Origin: Lingula anatina | Lineage: Eukaryota; Animalia; Brachiopoda | Assembly: GCA_051362555.1 (NCBI GenBank) | Contig: CM120644.1 | Coordinates: 11,244,567-11,308,566, forward strand | Length of the DNA stretch: 64,000 nucleotides | Direction of reading: 5' to 3' | Part shown: positions 49,678 to 63,665 of the stretch, one piece after another | Position numbering within the stretch: the stretch's first letter is position 1 | Layout of the letters: each line of letters opens with the position of its first letter | Position numbers and translations under genes: made by a program | The notes under the pieces: generated by a model | Database searches by the model: none | What the model saw: the letters and a program-made list of their open reading frames with translations, nothing else | Told to the model about the DNA's origin: nothing

Positions 49678-50344
49678 TTAGTCTTCACTGTTGAAGGCAA
49701 AAGCCGAGGCAGTTACCCACCTTAAGAGGCACTGGGCAGGTAAAGAAAAAGTTGAAAATTTATATAACTCAAGCCCACTTTTAGACCCCAACTGCCTGGA
49801 GGCTATCAGCCCAACTTGTTCTTGGCACATATTAAAAACTGGCTTCCTGACACGTTATATCACTAAAACCTTCACAACTGGGTTGTGAATGAGACTTTAG
49901 GTTACTGTCAGGTGTTATAATGAAACTGGAGTAAACACAACTTGTGAAAATTGCCAGGTGAGGTGGTAGTATTTATTATGGGACATTGGGCATTGTAATG
50001 GCATGGCAGGCTAACTGCTTGGTATGTGGACTGCATCCAGATAGTTACTGTAATAAAATATATGGCGTGGCTATCACATGGCTATCAGCACCCTGTGTTT
50101 TCGAGGGCTCTGTGATCAGCATGGCTCTGGTTTTTAAGTACTAGTAGTGAAATTACCTGAGGGCCCATGAACAGCATGCACATACCATTTCCAGTGGTGG
50201 CAAGTTGATAATAGTGATGGATATCAAGTAATCTGTGATACTCCGGGTAGTAATCAGAGACTGGATGTGGCAGTGAAATATTCAGGGTACTTATCAGAGA
50301 TTTACGGTCATAGTGACAGTGAAAAATTTTGGATGTTATCAATG

Positions 50345-50550
50345 ACTGGGGGTGGCAATGACAGATTCAGGATAGTTATCAGAGAGTTGGGGGTGGCAAT
50401 AAGAGATTCAGGGTAGTTATCAGAGAGTTGGGGGTGGCAATAAGAGATTCAGGGTAGTTATCAGAGAGTTGGGGGTGGCAATAAGAGATTCAGGGTAGTT
50501 ATCAGAGAGTTGGGGGTGGCAATAAGAGATTCAGGGTAGTTATCAGAGGG
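50345..50550. repeat. 41-bp minisatellite x5
   Basis: GGGGGTGGCAATAAGAGATTCAGGGTAGTTATCAGAGAGTT. Confidence 0.9.
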
Positions 50551-50861
50551 GTGGTTGAAGGTGCTATCTGTAGTCAGGTGACCCCTGTGGTCTGTGTTGT
50601 TTTCAGTTGGCCAGTATTACAGTACAGCAAGGGTCTGTGACCTTTGTTATCCAGTCACCAGTACCTTGATATAATTTGGCCTTGACTATCCAGTACACTT
50701 GAGAGTAAGGGGTCAGTTCTTGGTCTGGCCAAGTGTCCAGGGGAGAGAGAGATGGGACAAGGCACGTTGTGTCTTGCTGTCACTTGCTGTATGTGCACTA
50801 TGACTATTGTGTTCTTACTTGTGGTGATAGAGGAAAGATAATGAGCAAGCTGACAGTTAAT

Positions 50862-51036
50862 GGTCGCATTCAGAACAGCAGACTAACAAGTCCACAGATC
50901 AAATATGGCCGACCCATTTGAATATTCCCTGATGGGTTATCTATTCAGTGTCTATTAGCAGATTAGACGGCAAGCTTTTTAGTAGGTCACCATATTTGAC
51001 CTGCAGGCTATTAAGTCCACTGTTCTGAATGAGGCC
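50862..51036. mobile_element. MITE family 1 copy
   Basis: CATTCAGAACAG...CTGTTCTGAATG, shared core ATCAAATATGGCCGACCCA. Confidence 0.7.
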
Positions 51037-54000
51037 TGTGATACTTGCTACTTATCTGTCTGCTTATCTGCCTGTCTGTCTGTGTGTCTGTCTTCCTGTC
51101 TGTCTGTGGGTCTAAATTAGATGCCAGTTTGTACATTTTCTAAAACAGAGGAATACATTTTAAACCATGAATTGCAATCCATTTTTTCTCCATTTTGTAC
51201 AAACATTGTGGAAGTCAGAAGCATTCACAAATGCTTAGAGTGCATTTGTACTTCTTTCAGATTAGGTCTGGAAAAGTTGTCCCACATTTTCATTTTGCAA
51301 TATCCCCAACATGCTTTTTATGGAGTGTTGGGTTAAACTTATCAATTAAAGTAAACTGACACTGGTAACACACAATAGAGCTAACAGTGAAAGGAACAAG
51401 AGACATGTCCTTGGGGAATTTAATATTGAATCGGGTGATGTGATAACAAGGGCTGAAATAGGATCTCAAAAATTAGCGTACTCGTGTAATGCTAGACAGC
51501 GTAAACATTATCTGTCATAATACTTCAGTTATCACTTGAAGTAGGCACAGTCAGGTCAGTTCTATCAAAGAGTTTAATAAAAAAAGGAGAAAAAGGGTGT
51601 TTTATTCCAACAGTCCTTGTAATTCTTCTGTATTTCTGAATTTTGTCCTTTTATGATTGTGTTGATCACTTTGATGGTTGGGGGGGTGGGTGGGTGAAGG
51701 TTTGGAGATGAGGAAGGTGGGAGTTGGGAGTTGAGGTTTTGCAGTAAAAAGAAGCACCTGCTACCCGATGGCACAGTAAGACTGCAACAGTTTTGTAGAA
51801 AAAACTTGCCTGGATGGGGCTTCAGTCGGACAGATGACAAGGCGTAATAAATAGAACCCATAGAATACTGACGTTCTTAGAATGTAATGTTATTATCAGT
51901 GAACCTTTCACACTTCTATGATAATCTAACAAGAATATGTTCATGATAATAACTGATAAAATCTCATAAATAGGTTAAAGTACTCGTGTATGTTCAAACA
52001 GTAGAATTTACCTTAATGTGTACATGCAAGCCTATTTGTTCATGGGGAATGCACAGAGTCAGTTGGATGTAAATTTTTTTCATCAAGATTAAATTTTCGA
52101 ACATGTTCAGTGATCTTATTGTCTCTTATAGAGTTCCTTTGAGATAAACGATAAACCTGTGCTTTGTCGAGTTTAAGAGATGCTCTGTGCTGGAACAAAA
52201 GGTCGCCTTACATTACGACATACCCAGCAGGAGAAATTAGTTTAGAATAACTTCACAAGGAAATAGAACATAGGTATGAGTACTCCAAGGTTATAAACTC
52301 AACTTGTCAGTGATGTTACAGGGCAGGACACGGGGTAGATACATGAGTTCACATTCCTGATGTGTACCATCATGCTTTTTTTTTTTAATAGCTGGATGGT
52401 ACCAGAGCAGCTAATGAGTCAGTTAAACAAACAAATTAGCATATGCTTGTTTGAAGATGGTTGGGGTGGAACATGACAGTAATACATCATTATGGGAGTT
52501 TAGACATGATGTTTGGGTGCAGCTGTGCTTTGCGATCCAGGTTCGCTTCAGATTGGTAAGGAAACAAGCTGACAGGCTTCTTCTATGGATAATACCTTAT
52601 TTGTGTGAAGAGACCTCATGAAAATTGCCAACTAGCTAAGTGAAGCTCAGTCTGGGAAGGGGGAGGAATGAGATGGGGGGGGGTGGGGTGGAGGAAGGAT
52701 GAAAGAGTGAGGCAGAGAAGGAAGGAGAGACAAAGTGAGACAGGGAGGGAGAACAGGAGAATGATACTGGTAGACAAGTCAGTGTTTCTCAGGTTCAGAG
52801 GGTGACAAAGTGGCGTCTAAGAGTTGCATGCAAGGTCAGTTTTTACACCTTTCTGGAACCTGGAAGGGGGGGGGAGGGGTTATGTGATTTTGTGTGTTTG
52901 TGTCTGTCTGTCTGTCTATTTTGACACCTTGGAAGGTTTTTAAAGATGTTTATGTTAACATTGTTAGGAGTTCAGAAAGATGCAAAATGAAAAAAAGTTG
53001 CTTATACCTGAAAAGGTGCAGTGGTTGAATCTTAAAAACACTGCTTATCATGGTTGTTTTACAGTGAAGACTCTAAAAGGGAAATGAAGGGGCGGGCTGA
53101 AGTTGGTATTAAGGCGATTTCAGTTGTGATCTTATCGTAATACAGTGTGAGCCTTATCCAAGCGTGATATTAAATATCGTTATCACAGTTCAAATCTATT
53201 ACATATGTTACATTTTTGGGGATAATTAAGCCTTCTGCTTTTTGTATCTATAGAGTATTATCTATTTTTTTCTTACGGGATTAGTCTTGTTGCAATATGA
53301 GCTAGAGCTTCAGATGATGACAGCTAGATTTCTGACTGTCATTCTTTGGCATATCAAACTTATCAAAAAGGGAATGTTGGAGGGGATAAAATAAACTGGT
53401 GGCTTGGGGATAAAATAAATTTGTGCATGTTGTAATGGAAATAATGTAAGAAAACCTAACCTACAGTTTTTGCGTGACATCATACAAGACCAGCAGATGT
53501 GTGCATATTTGTTTGAGATGGAAGTAGCTTTATTATGTAAACTGATTGTGTAACACTAGGCAGTGAGGATGTCATCTTTGTAAACAACACAGAAGCGACA
53601 CGTTTAAAAAAAATGGTGATTTCATACTGTTGTGCAAAAAACAGTGTATCTGTAGAAGTTAAGACAAAACAAAATTACAAAAATATTTGTGGATAAATTC
53701 TGTTAGTTGTTATTCATTGCTGCGTCTCACTTGGTAGTCCGTCGGTATTTCTGACCCTACTCCTTGCAAATTCCACAAAAATATCACTTAATTTTATTCT
53801 AAGTCATCATCATGAGACTTCAGGCTATCTCCTGTGATTTCCATTGTCCGTGTGGTGCACCCAATTTGTGTTAGCTTTTTCTGATAGAAAATGACTAGGC
53901 ACATACTCTGTGGACACATGCTTGCTGACCTTGACCTTGGGCTGGCGAAGTAGGCAGTCGGACAGACACACAAAGACGGAAGTTAAACTCGTTTATAGTT

Positions 54001-57000
54001 AACTCTACTATTGAATGAATTTTGAAAGAACGGAATAATAAGGTTTTGGTTAAGAATCAATTAATCACATATTATTTTAGCAGTAATAACAATGGGAAAA
54101 TTAATTGTGTATTTGTATTTTGATTCTGAAAGTGCAAAGTAATGATCAAAATAGGTATAATATTAATAAATAACTAGATACATAAGCATGAAGGAAGTCA
54201 AGTATAAATGAAAACAATGCATCAATAATTAAGGGGAAAAGACTGTACAATACTGAGTGCAGCAAGTGCTAATCTTGCTCAAGGGACCTTGCATTCTTGT
54301 TTAATGACCTTGGTCAGTCTAGACTGGCGGGTCAATATTAATGGTCAACGTGCTATTAAGGACCCCAGCATGGCCACAGAGAAAGCCTAATAAGACCAGC
54401 TGGAGAGCAGATAGAATTAGCTACTGCCCAATGACCGGTGCTGGAGATTAGAGATCGGTCAGCATGTGGAGATATATATGAGGCAATTGGTCACTGAATG
54501 TCCAGAAATTAAAGAAGATACTAGACTGGTCAGCTCTCTTTTTAGAGGGGTTAGACATAAATCAGTGAGGTGAGATTTTACACCAGGGATTTGCCCTCTG
54601 AATGTCCAGTTACAAAACAGATTAGACTGGTCAACATTTTATATTTTTTGAGAGGGGTTCGAGACTCAGACAATTCAGCATGGTGAGATTTTATATGAAG
54701 GGTTTGACCTCTGAATGGTCAGTTAAGGAGACAAAGACTGGTCAATATTTTTGCGAGAGAGATTCGAAATTGGTCAGCTGGGCGAGAACTCTATCAGGGA
54801 TTTAGCCACTGGGTATTAAGGGAAGCAAGAGAAAAATTAGAGGGGTCACTCTAGTGAGGTCCTAGGGAAGATATTTTTTTATCCTAGGAAAACCATGCTC
54901 AAAGCGATCTTCAGGTAAAAGGTTTCTGTCTAGCTGCTGGCTAGATGTTTGTGTACCTAAATGAAGTGTTTGGAATTTAGGTGTTTTTGTGAGTACTCCA
55001 TTTGCTGGGGTTTGCTTTGTGAACTTTTGTTGTTGATTCGAATGCTTGTCTTCAAGTTGCATAATCTTTAGGTTGCATAAATATTTCATGAATGGCATTT
55101 ATAACTGTTACACAATTTCAGTCTTATGAAAGGCCCTTGTTGTTTTCAGTACATTGAGATTATAATGATCTAGATTACTGCACTGGATAGGGATGCTCTT
55201 TTTGAAGGAAAAAAAAATTGATAAAACCGGAAAGAGTGTCTGTGTGATCTTAAGCTTAGTAAATATGATCGACAAGTGCCTGGGATGAGATGGCCTGCCC
55301 TTTGAGAGCCATGTTATTCTGTGACATTTTTCAGGCTTCTGTTTACTAAACATGTGTGATGTTGGTTACATGGTATGTATCTACCAGGGTAATACCAGGA
55401 AAAATAAAGGTGAGATATGGTTAACTTTTAACTTTAAACTTTTGATTTAAGATTGCAATGTGTCAGCAAGGCTTGGGATTTTTGGTGATATTTTTCACTT
55501 GGGAATAATGAGGTATGGCATTTCAATTTTTTTTTTTAGCTTTTTATCATACAGAAAGATCTGCATTCTTTTCTTGTATTTTTGCATGAAAAGGTCATTT
55601 TTGAGCAGACTGCTTATTTACTACTAAACAAGGAAGTTCTCAAGACTTTGAGACAGTTTATTTTCATTTATGTATGCATCTAGCGGGATGATTGATAACA
55701 GCGAAATCACCGTACATGGTCATTTTATGTAGCATACAGCACGTTTGTTTTCTCTGGGCTTCGACAAGCATAAAATAATTGCCAACCTCCCTGAACAAAG
55801 AGAAATATGTATCCAGGTAAATAGCCAGCCACCGCTTTCCACCCAATCACTTAACTGCTTCACAGAAATAATGTTGATTAATGATCTCCATGTCCAGGAA
55901 TAGGACATTTTTGTAATATTTGTAAATATCAAGAATGTATGAGTGAGTGCTTGTTCATACCAGTGTTTGGTTGTTATGTACCATTTTGGTGGAATGACTG
56001 AATTAGGTCAACAAGCCTCTTGGAAAGAGGCAAGATTTATCGTATATATCTCGTTTTGGGCTATAACTATTGTTTTCTGCTAATTGGTGATATATATTGG
56101 CTAAACATTGAAGCAGTTTGTTTTATTGTCATGTGCCAAAGTAAATAATTTGTGGCATTTAACAACTTGTGTTATTAGACATGGTGCTCTTTGGTATGGA
56201 ATCTTTCGCTATTTCTTGTTTATCAACCGTGCAACGAGCCTGCCTCTTCAAAGAATTATTGGGAGTCGTTGGCACACTTTCATGAAAAATTATCCCCATC
56301 TTCTCACAAAATGGGTTAAAATGACTCAGAAATCACCCTCTTTGTTTGCACTTGGTGCCCTTTGACCCTACAGGTTGTCACTGTACGTAGTTGAAGTACT
56401 GGTGTAGTCCTTTGTTGTGTGACTGTTATTACGACCAGTCTCTGGTCCCAGGACATAGTTTTTATATACAGATTGGTAAAATGCCTTCTGTGTGTTAACA
56501 TTCTTGTTGCTCAGCTCAGACATTTTTATTGAATGATGATGATACTGGGGTAGTGCTAGCAATTTTTTTCGCATAGCCAAATTACCACTTTTTGGTCAAT
56601 TTGTTATCCAAATGGCTTTAATTTGATTAAAATTAGTCAAATCAAGCCCTAATTGTTTAGCCAATTTAAGTCAGTTTTAGCATTTGGCTAAATTGGCGAG
56701 TGTTAGCGCTACCCCAGTGATATATTATTTAGTGATATTTAGTTGGAAATTGGATAGGTCACTCATAAAGTGCACGGTAGTACAAATTCTTTTAATTTGA
56801 AAAGTTATAAAGGATATTAGATAATTTTAAAAACCATAATAAAATTAATGTTTTTAAAATGTTATGTTTCTCATTATTTAAAAATTAGCAGTAAGTCTTT
56901 TCAACATATGCATATTATGATACCACTACTTGCTGAGTAAGGGTTTCACTTTGCTGGCTGTATTTGTACTGTAGTAGCTATGATGACAAATTGTCAATAG

Positions 57001-57211
57001 TTGCTAAAATCAATTGTTGTCAATATTTGCTTTGGGTTTAGTAGTCTTATGGCACTGAGACTTGACATAGGAGGGGGAAAGTCAATGGAAGCTGGTAAGT
57101 TTGTATGAATTACATGGCCTGTTTGGGGTGACTTGCATTTTGACTTGTTCGTTCAGTCTCCATGGATGTGCATCTGGAGTGGATATGGGTAGAATTGCTC
57201 AGCATGTTTTA

Positions 57212-57426
57212 GGGCGCATTCCCATAGATTTTAGATTGATCTATCCCCGTGTGGAGTCTCATTAGATTACTGTCAGATAATCCGGCTAAAATGTCCGTCT
57301 CGCCTACTACAAGCTGTAAGGGGGTAATTAACTTCCGTGCGCAGTGGGCTGAATGCAATTTAACGTGAACCCTCAGGGAGTTAGGTCGATCTAGTAAGAT
57401 CGACCTAAATCTCTGGAAATGCCCTC
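57212..57426. mobile_element. Harbinger-like MITE, different family
   Basis: Imperfect TIR GGGCGCATTCCCATAGATTTTAG / CTAAATCTCTGGAAATGCCCTC; TTA TSD. Confidence 0.6.
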
Positions 57427-59987
57427 TTAGAAATCCATACTTGCACAAGTATACAATGCCATACTAGAACTTGTTTATATTTTGCCCAGTGAGTTGATAT
57501 GTCTGTACATCTACACATGTGCATAGACATGCGTTTACATCTAGACTAACACGTGAAAATTTTACCAAATTCTAAGAAAAATATTTTCAAAAAATCAAGA
57601 GTTCTCTCGAAAAAAAAAAGTAAATTTATTACTTTAAAGACTTAAACTTTTAATATGGTTCAAATTTCCCAGCTATTTGAGAAAAACTAATTCTGGAGGG
57701 CCTCTGTCAAATGTGCCTGGACTTGTCCCAGATGGCTATAAATCTGACTCCCATGTGATAGGACCTTTCTCCATATCTCTGTTTGGTCCCATTCCCATCG
57801 ACACCATCGGTCTACGTGGTTCGATCCAACTCTGCAGGGGGTCGCTAACTGCATTCAGCTTAACTGAATGCAACGCCTCCTCCTGGTGTTACGTAGAATA
57901 TAATAGAAAAAAACTGGTGATTTTATATGAGTATTTTGGAAACAAGGAGGTGGGTCATTCGGTTCAGCTGATTGCACTTAGCGAGAGTTGGATTGATTTA
58001 TTTAGACTCGGTGTCTGTTGGAATGGGGTCTTAGTATTGCAGTATTAGATGAATGTCTACCAGTTGAGGTACGTATAAATAGTACATTTTCTTAACAGCT
58101 TGAGGGTCAGTTTTAGGGTCAAGTTGACCTCGAGACAGAGGGAAATGTTCAGCCATATTTTCATAAATTTAAAGAGAGCCAGTGTTGTTGGAGCTTATTA
58201 GTTCTGACAATTTCACTTTGCAATCAATCTGTATCATGCCGCTTTGCAGCTAGCTTTATTATATAGTACATGTCTGCAAGCAGTAAATATATAAGGGCTT
58301 AAGTTATCACGTGCCTTGATATACTAATATGCAATATCCAATAAATGGCAAGGAGCCTTTCCACAGCCGCAGCAGCGAGAGTGGTCCTCATTAGCGACAC
58401 AAAAGCTATCAGGAAGTCTGTCTATAGGTATTGGATGACTTAATGTGTTTGCCGATACGTTACATCAGGAGGCAGCACGAGAATTGATTATGGGTCTACG
58501 TGGTCTTATATTAGTGTTGTTGTCTTTGCTGTGAGGGCAGTATCTGTGCACTGAGGGGTTGGGTTGTTATCAGATGTGGCTGCAGGAACTTTGCTACCAG
58601 GCTCATTACTAGGATATACCTGTTTAAGGTGACACCCAAGGGCCACCGAGCCATTGTGGTTTGTCTTCGTCACTGGTAGCCTTATGTCAGTCAGAGAGAC
58701 TAAGAGAGGTTAGTTATAGAATAGTGTCAAAGATAAGAGCAAGAGTGGGATCAGAAATTATGAAATTCTGCCAGGGCGAGAAAAGGTGATTACCAGTTTG
58801 GGTAAACCTGCTGCCATTTTTACCTGGGCTCTGTAACTCTAAAACATTGCGAATTGCGACCGAGTGCAAGCATCTGTATTCCATAACTCTGCATTTACTC
58901 GCCCACATGAGAGGCTCGAAACGAAAGGTGATAGCGCTATCGTAATACCTGATGCTATCGAGTTTCGAAGCCCTGTTCAACAACACCATTCACTGGACAA
59001 GCCTTGTGATCCTCCGGCTCTGACAGTGTCCTCATTAGGACTAGCTCACTTTAGGTAGAGAGTCCTTATAGAAAAAAAAGATGGGTAATCCTAAGACTAG
59101 GTGAACTGGTTCGTACTTGGAACAAAGACAATTTGCATTGGAATGTGACATTTATTGTTTGCTCTGATGAAGAACACCTGAACCAGTGAAGAAGATTTTT
59201 CTTTCACATTAAGACAAAAAAAAGGGGGAAGCAGGTGGTATAAATTTAATCTAGTAAAAATGGGGGTGGATAAGATGAGCAGACTCAACAAATTGGTTTT
59301 ATTTTTATGTAATGGAAACATATCAGTTATTGCCAGTGAAAGATAACCAATAAGGCTGTGTTCAAGATTTATGAAAGGTTCCAGCTTGGTATATGTGATC
59401 CTGACATATAAAGATATAGCTTAGTACAAGGATGTAGTTTTGTGTATTTTCTCAGGAATGCCACTAGGATTTGGAATGTGATACAATTTTAAGCAAAGAA
59501 ATCGCACAATATTTGAATTCTTGTGAGTCTCTACATTGGAAAGATGAGGGCATTATTTCCTGATAAACCATTCAGTGCTTTAATTTAAAAAAATTATGCT
59601 GCTGCTGGTGTAACAGGAATGGAAATCTGGGCCCCCATATGATAAGTACAGGTTAGGGTTAGTTGGAGTATTGGGGTTAGTATATGGCACGAATGCCACC
59701 AGTACAAAGTAATGGGAAGGGGGCTACGTTTCCTAGTGGACTTCTATTCCTGTTACACCGGCTTAGTAAAACATGGACATGTCTTATCTTGATAAATGCT
59801 AAAAAGGAGAGAGAACCATGCAAGCATGGCTGTTTGAGTCACATGTCAGAGCAGAAATACATTAGCAGGCGGCTAGTGGTGAGCTTGACCTCGCAAACAC
59901 CATTTTGCAACCCTGGTTGCAGTCTTTGATAAATGTCCCTCACAGGTAGTAATGCCTGTTTTCTTTTGTGTTTTTACAGGAATAGAA

Positions 59988-61207
59988 ATGCCTGGTTTAC
60001 AGCTCGAGGGCGAAAAACGGAAACTTTTGGAAGCCAGGTTCTTTGGGACATCAGGACGGGTAAGTCTTTGAGGTCACCAAGGTCGAAGTCCAATTTACTC
60101 TTAGTTTTACTTTGGTTATGAGTTAACAAAATTTTTAATGAAAAAAGTAAAAAGATAAATGCTGTTCAATGAAGCAGCAGTGTTGGATATTTTGAGTAAT
60201 AGTAAGCTATAAACAGATGAAGTAATCTGCCAATGTTTTGCTTTGAATTTGGAAACGGCATGGATATTTTGACAATTAAGTTGTGTAACAACTGAATTGT
60301 GTGGCGTAACATCTAGCAGATGTAAGACTAAATTGAATCAGGTCCAACAGTTTTACTAAGGCCACGTTCATAACCAAAATTGATCCGTGTACTAACAGAG
60401 CCATAGATCAAATATGGCCAAACCACTTAAAAGCTATTTGCATAATCCCCGCAGGGGAATCTTCTAAGTTTCTATTAGGGGATTATGTGGCAGGCTTTTA
60501 AGTTGGTCAGCCATATTGGATCCGTGGATATGTTCTGAATTCACCCTAAGAGTTTGGAATTGATATCAAAATTACAGCTTCCTGTGAGTGTTTGTGTTTT
60601 TTAAAAAAAATCACTCAGGAATCAGTACACTAGGGGTCAATGTATTGTTTCAGCCAAATTAAAGATTCCCACCCAATTTTGTTTGAAAAATGGGAAAAGA
60701 AATGCACTTCTTTATTTCACCTACTAGTAAATATTTCTCAAGCCTTTTTGTTGACAGGAAGGGGGACATTTCTTTAGTGGATCTGTAACATAGCTTCAGA
60801 AATGGTGCCTTTCCTATTGTAACAACATTGGGTGGCTGATTGTTGTAACAATTGTTATGTTATTTTTTATGTTGGTCCTGTTATAAAATATGATAATTAA
60901 ATTTCAGACTCATCATTTTGGTATTTCCTCAAGACCAATCAGGACATGTGAAGTCAAACAAAAAATAAAGAAACCTCTCAGATCATATTTTTCTTTTTCT
61001 TTTTTCAAACAAAACTTAACAGTGGCATATGTAATTTATCACTATTGTTCCAATTAATTAAATAATGATCATCATCCCTGGTTTACACTCCTGTAGCTAT
61101 TTGCACTACCTCAGACGACGACAACAGCATCATGTCAGCAGCAGCAACAAGAGAATTCCAACACCAGTATTGCCAGTGCTTCAAGTGACGAGAGGGATGG
61201 AGACCAG
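59988..61207 (+). CDS. TLK: Probable tousled-like kinase, N-terminal coding exons 59988-60059 and 61097-61207 (gene continues beyond the window)
   Basis: MPGLQLEGEKRKLLEARFFGTSGR then ...QQENSNTSIASASSDERDGDQ. These resemble the TLK N-terminal LLEARF motif and the following ESSNQS..S..SDKE segment. Phase-0 junction. The kinase domain is not in the window. Confidence 0.65.
60360..60546. mobile_element. MITE family 1 copy (diverged)
   Basis: ATCAAATATGGCC...CAGCCATATTGGAT core; TAA on both flanks. Confidence 0.6.
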
Positions 61208-61375
61208 GTAGGTTTTAGTACTGCTTCAGAAATGTACTTTTGTGTGTGTATATATGTTGTGCGTGTTTAAGCATGTATGTTAGGCTGCATGTCTGTATTG
61301 TATGTGTGTGTATATGCATGTGTATCAGTGTGTTCATGCTCGTATGTGTTTTAGAGGAGTGAACTCCGCCTCAAG

Positions 61376-61379
<4 letters not shown>

Positions 61380-61420
<41 letters not shown>

Positions 61421-61435
61421 GGAGAGAGAAAAAGA

Positions 61436-61480
<45 letters not shown>

Positions 61481-61528
61481 GGAGAGAGAAAGAGAGAGAG
61501 AGAGAGGAAGAGAGGGAGAGAGAGAGAG
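61380..61528. repeat. (GA)n polypurine tract
   Basis: Seen directly. Confidence 0.92.
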
Positions 61529-62210
61529 TAAGCAAGTGCAATCAACAGAATCAGTTATATTATTAGCACTCACACCAGAAATAGAAACAGAAGATAAAGA
61601 TGAAGCAAGTGGCAATGGACTTCACAAGATATTGGCCTGACCCAGTCCAACTTGTTGATTTGCCGCAGATGTAGAGTAGATTAAAGAAAGCAGAGTATTT
61701 CCTGTTGCCTTGACTTGCTAGCCTAGAGGTCAACCAGGCTTTACATCGACCTTGAGGAATCATGACATCTTCTGCTGACTTTTATTTTGAAGCAAGTCTT
61801 AATTGGTCAGTTTTTACCAAAGTCTTTTATTCTGTTTGTGATCATACCATGTAGAACGTGGCCTCAGCAATCAGATTCAAGAAAAAATTGGTCAAAGTTG
61901 GTCCTAACTTCAAGGACTTTTGTTCTACTTCATGGCAAGATAAATGCCAATTGGTCCACTAAAAGAATGTTACTGTTGATCTGAAATATTTTTTATTTCT
62001 CTCTTTATGATTTGACACAAAAGATTGAAGAAATTTTGCTCTTGAATTTAAGACCAATTTTTGCTCTTTGGAGCCGTACAGAATGAGTTATGTTAACCTA
62101 GCTTCTGCTAACTCCATGGGGAAAGGTTAACAAACCACTTGATTTCAACATACTGGCATAATCACCAGCTTTCTTGTATTCTACTACTCAACCCCAGGAA
62201 GGTACATGTA

Positions 62211-62470
62211 AGGCTTCATTCACATGCAATGTCTATTTTCTAAATTCTATTTTCTATTCGCGGTATGTCTTATGATCACGGTCTGTGCCCTGAATATCCC
62301 GCGGCGTAATTACTGGCAGAGCGAGCCAGTTACTATAAGTTACTATAAGTAACTGGCTCGCGCTGCCAGTAATTACGCTGCGGGATATTCAGGGCACAGA
62401 CCATGATCATAAGATACTGCGAATAGAAAATAGATTTTTAGAAAATAGACTTTCCATGTGAACGAAGCCT
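62211..62470. mobile_element. Almost fully palindromic MITE
   Basis: ~125-bp arms, short centre made of a duplicated GTTACTATAA; TA flanks. Confidence 0.82.
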
Positions 62471-62613
62471 TAATCTCCCATGTTAATCATGTCTGTTAAT
62501 CTGGTTGCATTCAGCAAGGGTCTCCATGCACTAGCTAATGTGTAAATCATTCTGAGCAACCCTTTAAGTTGTTCTGGGAAACCAACCCATGCCCACTTGT
62601 TAAAGAGCCTTCG

Positions 62614-62644
<31 letters not shown>

Positions 62645-63019
62645 CACAGAGGCTGCTCAGCACCCAGTCCATCAATGGTCAAGCTGACCCCTTCCCCCAG
62701 GCCATTTGAACCTTGACTATCTCAATGTAGATAATATGAAAGATTAGGTACCTGGGTACATGTTACATGAGCTGTGTATTGGTCTGGTGGTCTTCAGGCT
62801 GCTTTGGATGGAAGTGATCTGCATTAGATCCTATCAGAAGGTGTATGATGGGGACATGTTGAATAACCCACCTTCCACAATTCTGGCTAGGGAGACAGTG
62901 AGGGAGTTAAGTTTTCTTTCTTTGAGCAGTGAAGGGAAGTGGTTAAGTAGGGCCAGGCCATTTGTAGACTGAGAGCAAAATAAAGAGATAGTGGATAGTT
63001 GTTCTTGTAGATAAGTAAA

Positions 63020-63545
63020 CAGACAGATTAGCTGGTTGTCAGACTTCTAGACAATATTTAACACGCAGATTACTAGAAGCTGGTTGCCAGAGACGTCTCA
63101 GACGTTGACACAATTAAACAGACAGGTTAGCTGGTTGTTAGTCTTCTAGACAAATAAATAGACAGGTTAGCTGGTTGTTAGTCTTCTAGACAAATAAATA
63201 GCTTAGCTGGTTGTTAGTCTTCTAGACAAATAAATAGACAGGTTAGCTGGTTGTTAGTCTTCTAGGCAAATAAATAGACAGGTTAGCTGGTTGTTAGTCT
63301 TCTAGGCAAATAAATAGACAGGTTAGCTGGTTGTTAGTCTTCTAGGCAAATAAATAGACAGGTTAGCTGGTTGTTAGTCTTCTAGGCAAATAAATAGACA
63401 GGTTAGCTGGTTGTTAGTCCTTTAGACAAATAAATAGACAGGTTAGCTGGTTGTTAGTCTTCTAGGCAAATAAATAGACAGGTTAGCTGGTTGTTAGTCT
63501 TCTAGACAAATAAATAGACAGGTTAGCTGGTTGTTAGTCTTCTAG
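63020..63545. repeat. 40-bp minisatellite (~12 copies)
   Basis: GACAGGTTAGCTGGTTGTTAGTCTTCTAG(A/G)CAAATAAATA. Confidence 0.92.
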
Positions 63546-63616
63546 GTGAGTAAACAGATAAGTGAGCAAGAAGATAGATGTGAGCAAGAAAGTAGAGGTG
63601 ATCAAGAAGTTGGTGA

Positions 63617-63618
<2 letters not shown>

Positions 63619-63662
<44 letters not shown>
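63619..63662. repeat. (GT)n microsatellite
   Basis: Seen directly. Confidence 0.95.

Positions 63663-63665
<3 letters not shown>

Noticed and set aside
57677-58048. 123-aa ORF in the long TLK 5' intron
   Set aside because: Non-ATG start, no recognisable domain, no convincing splice context.
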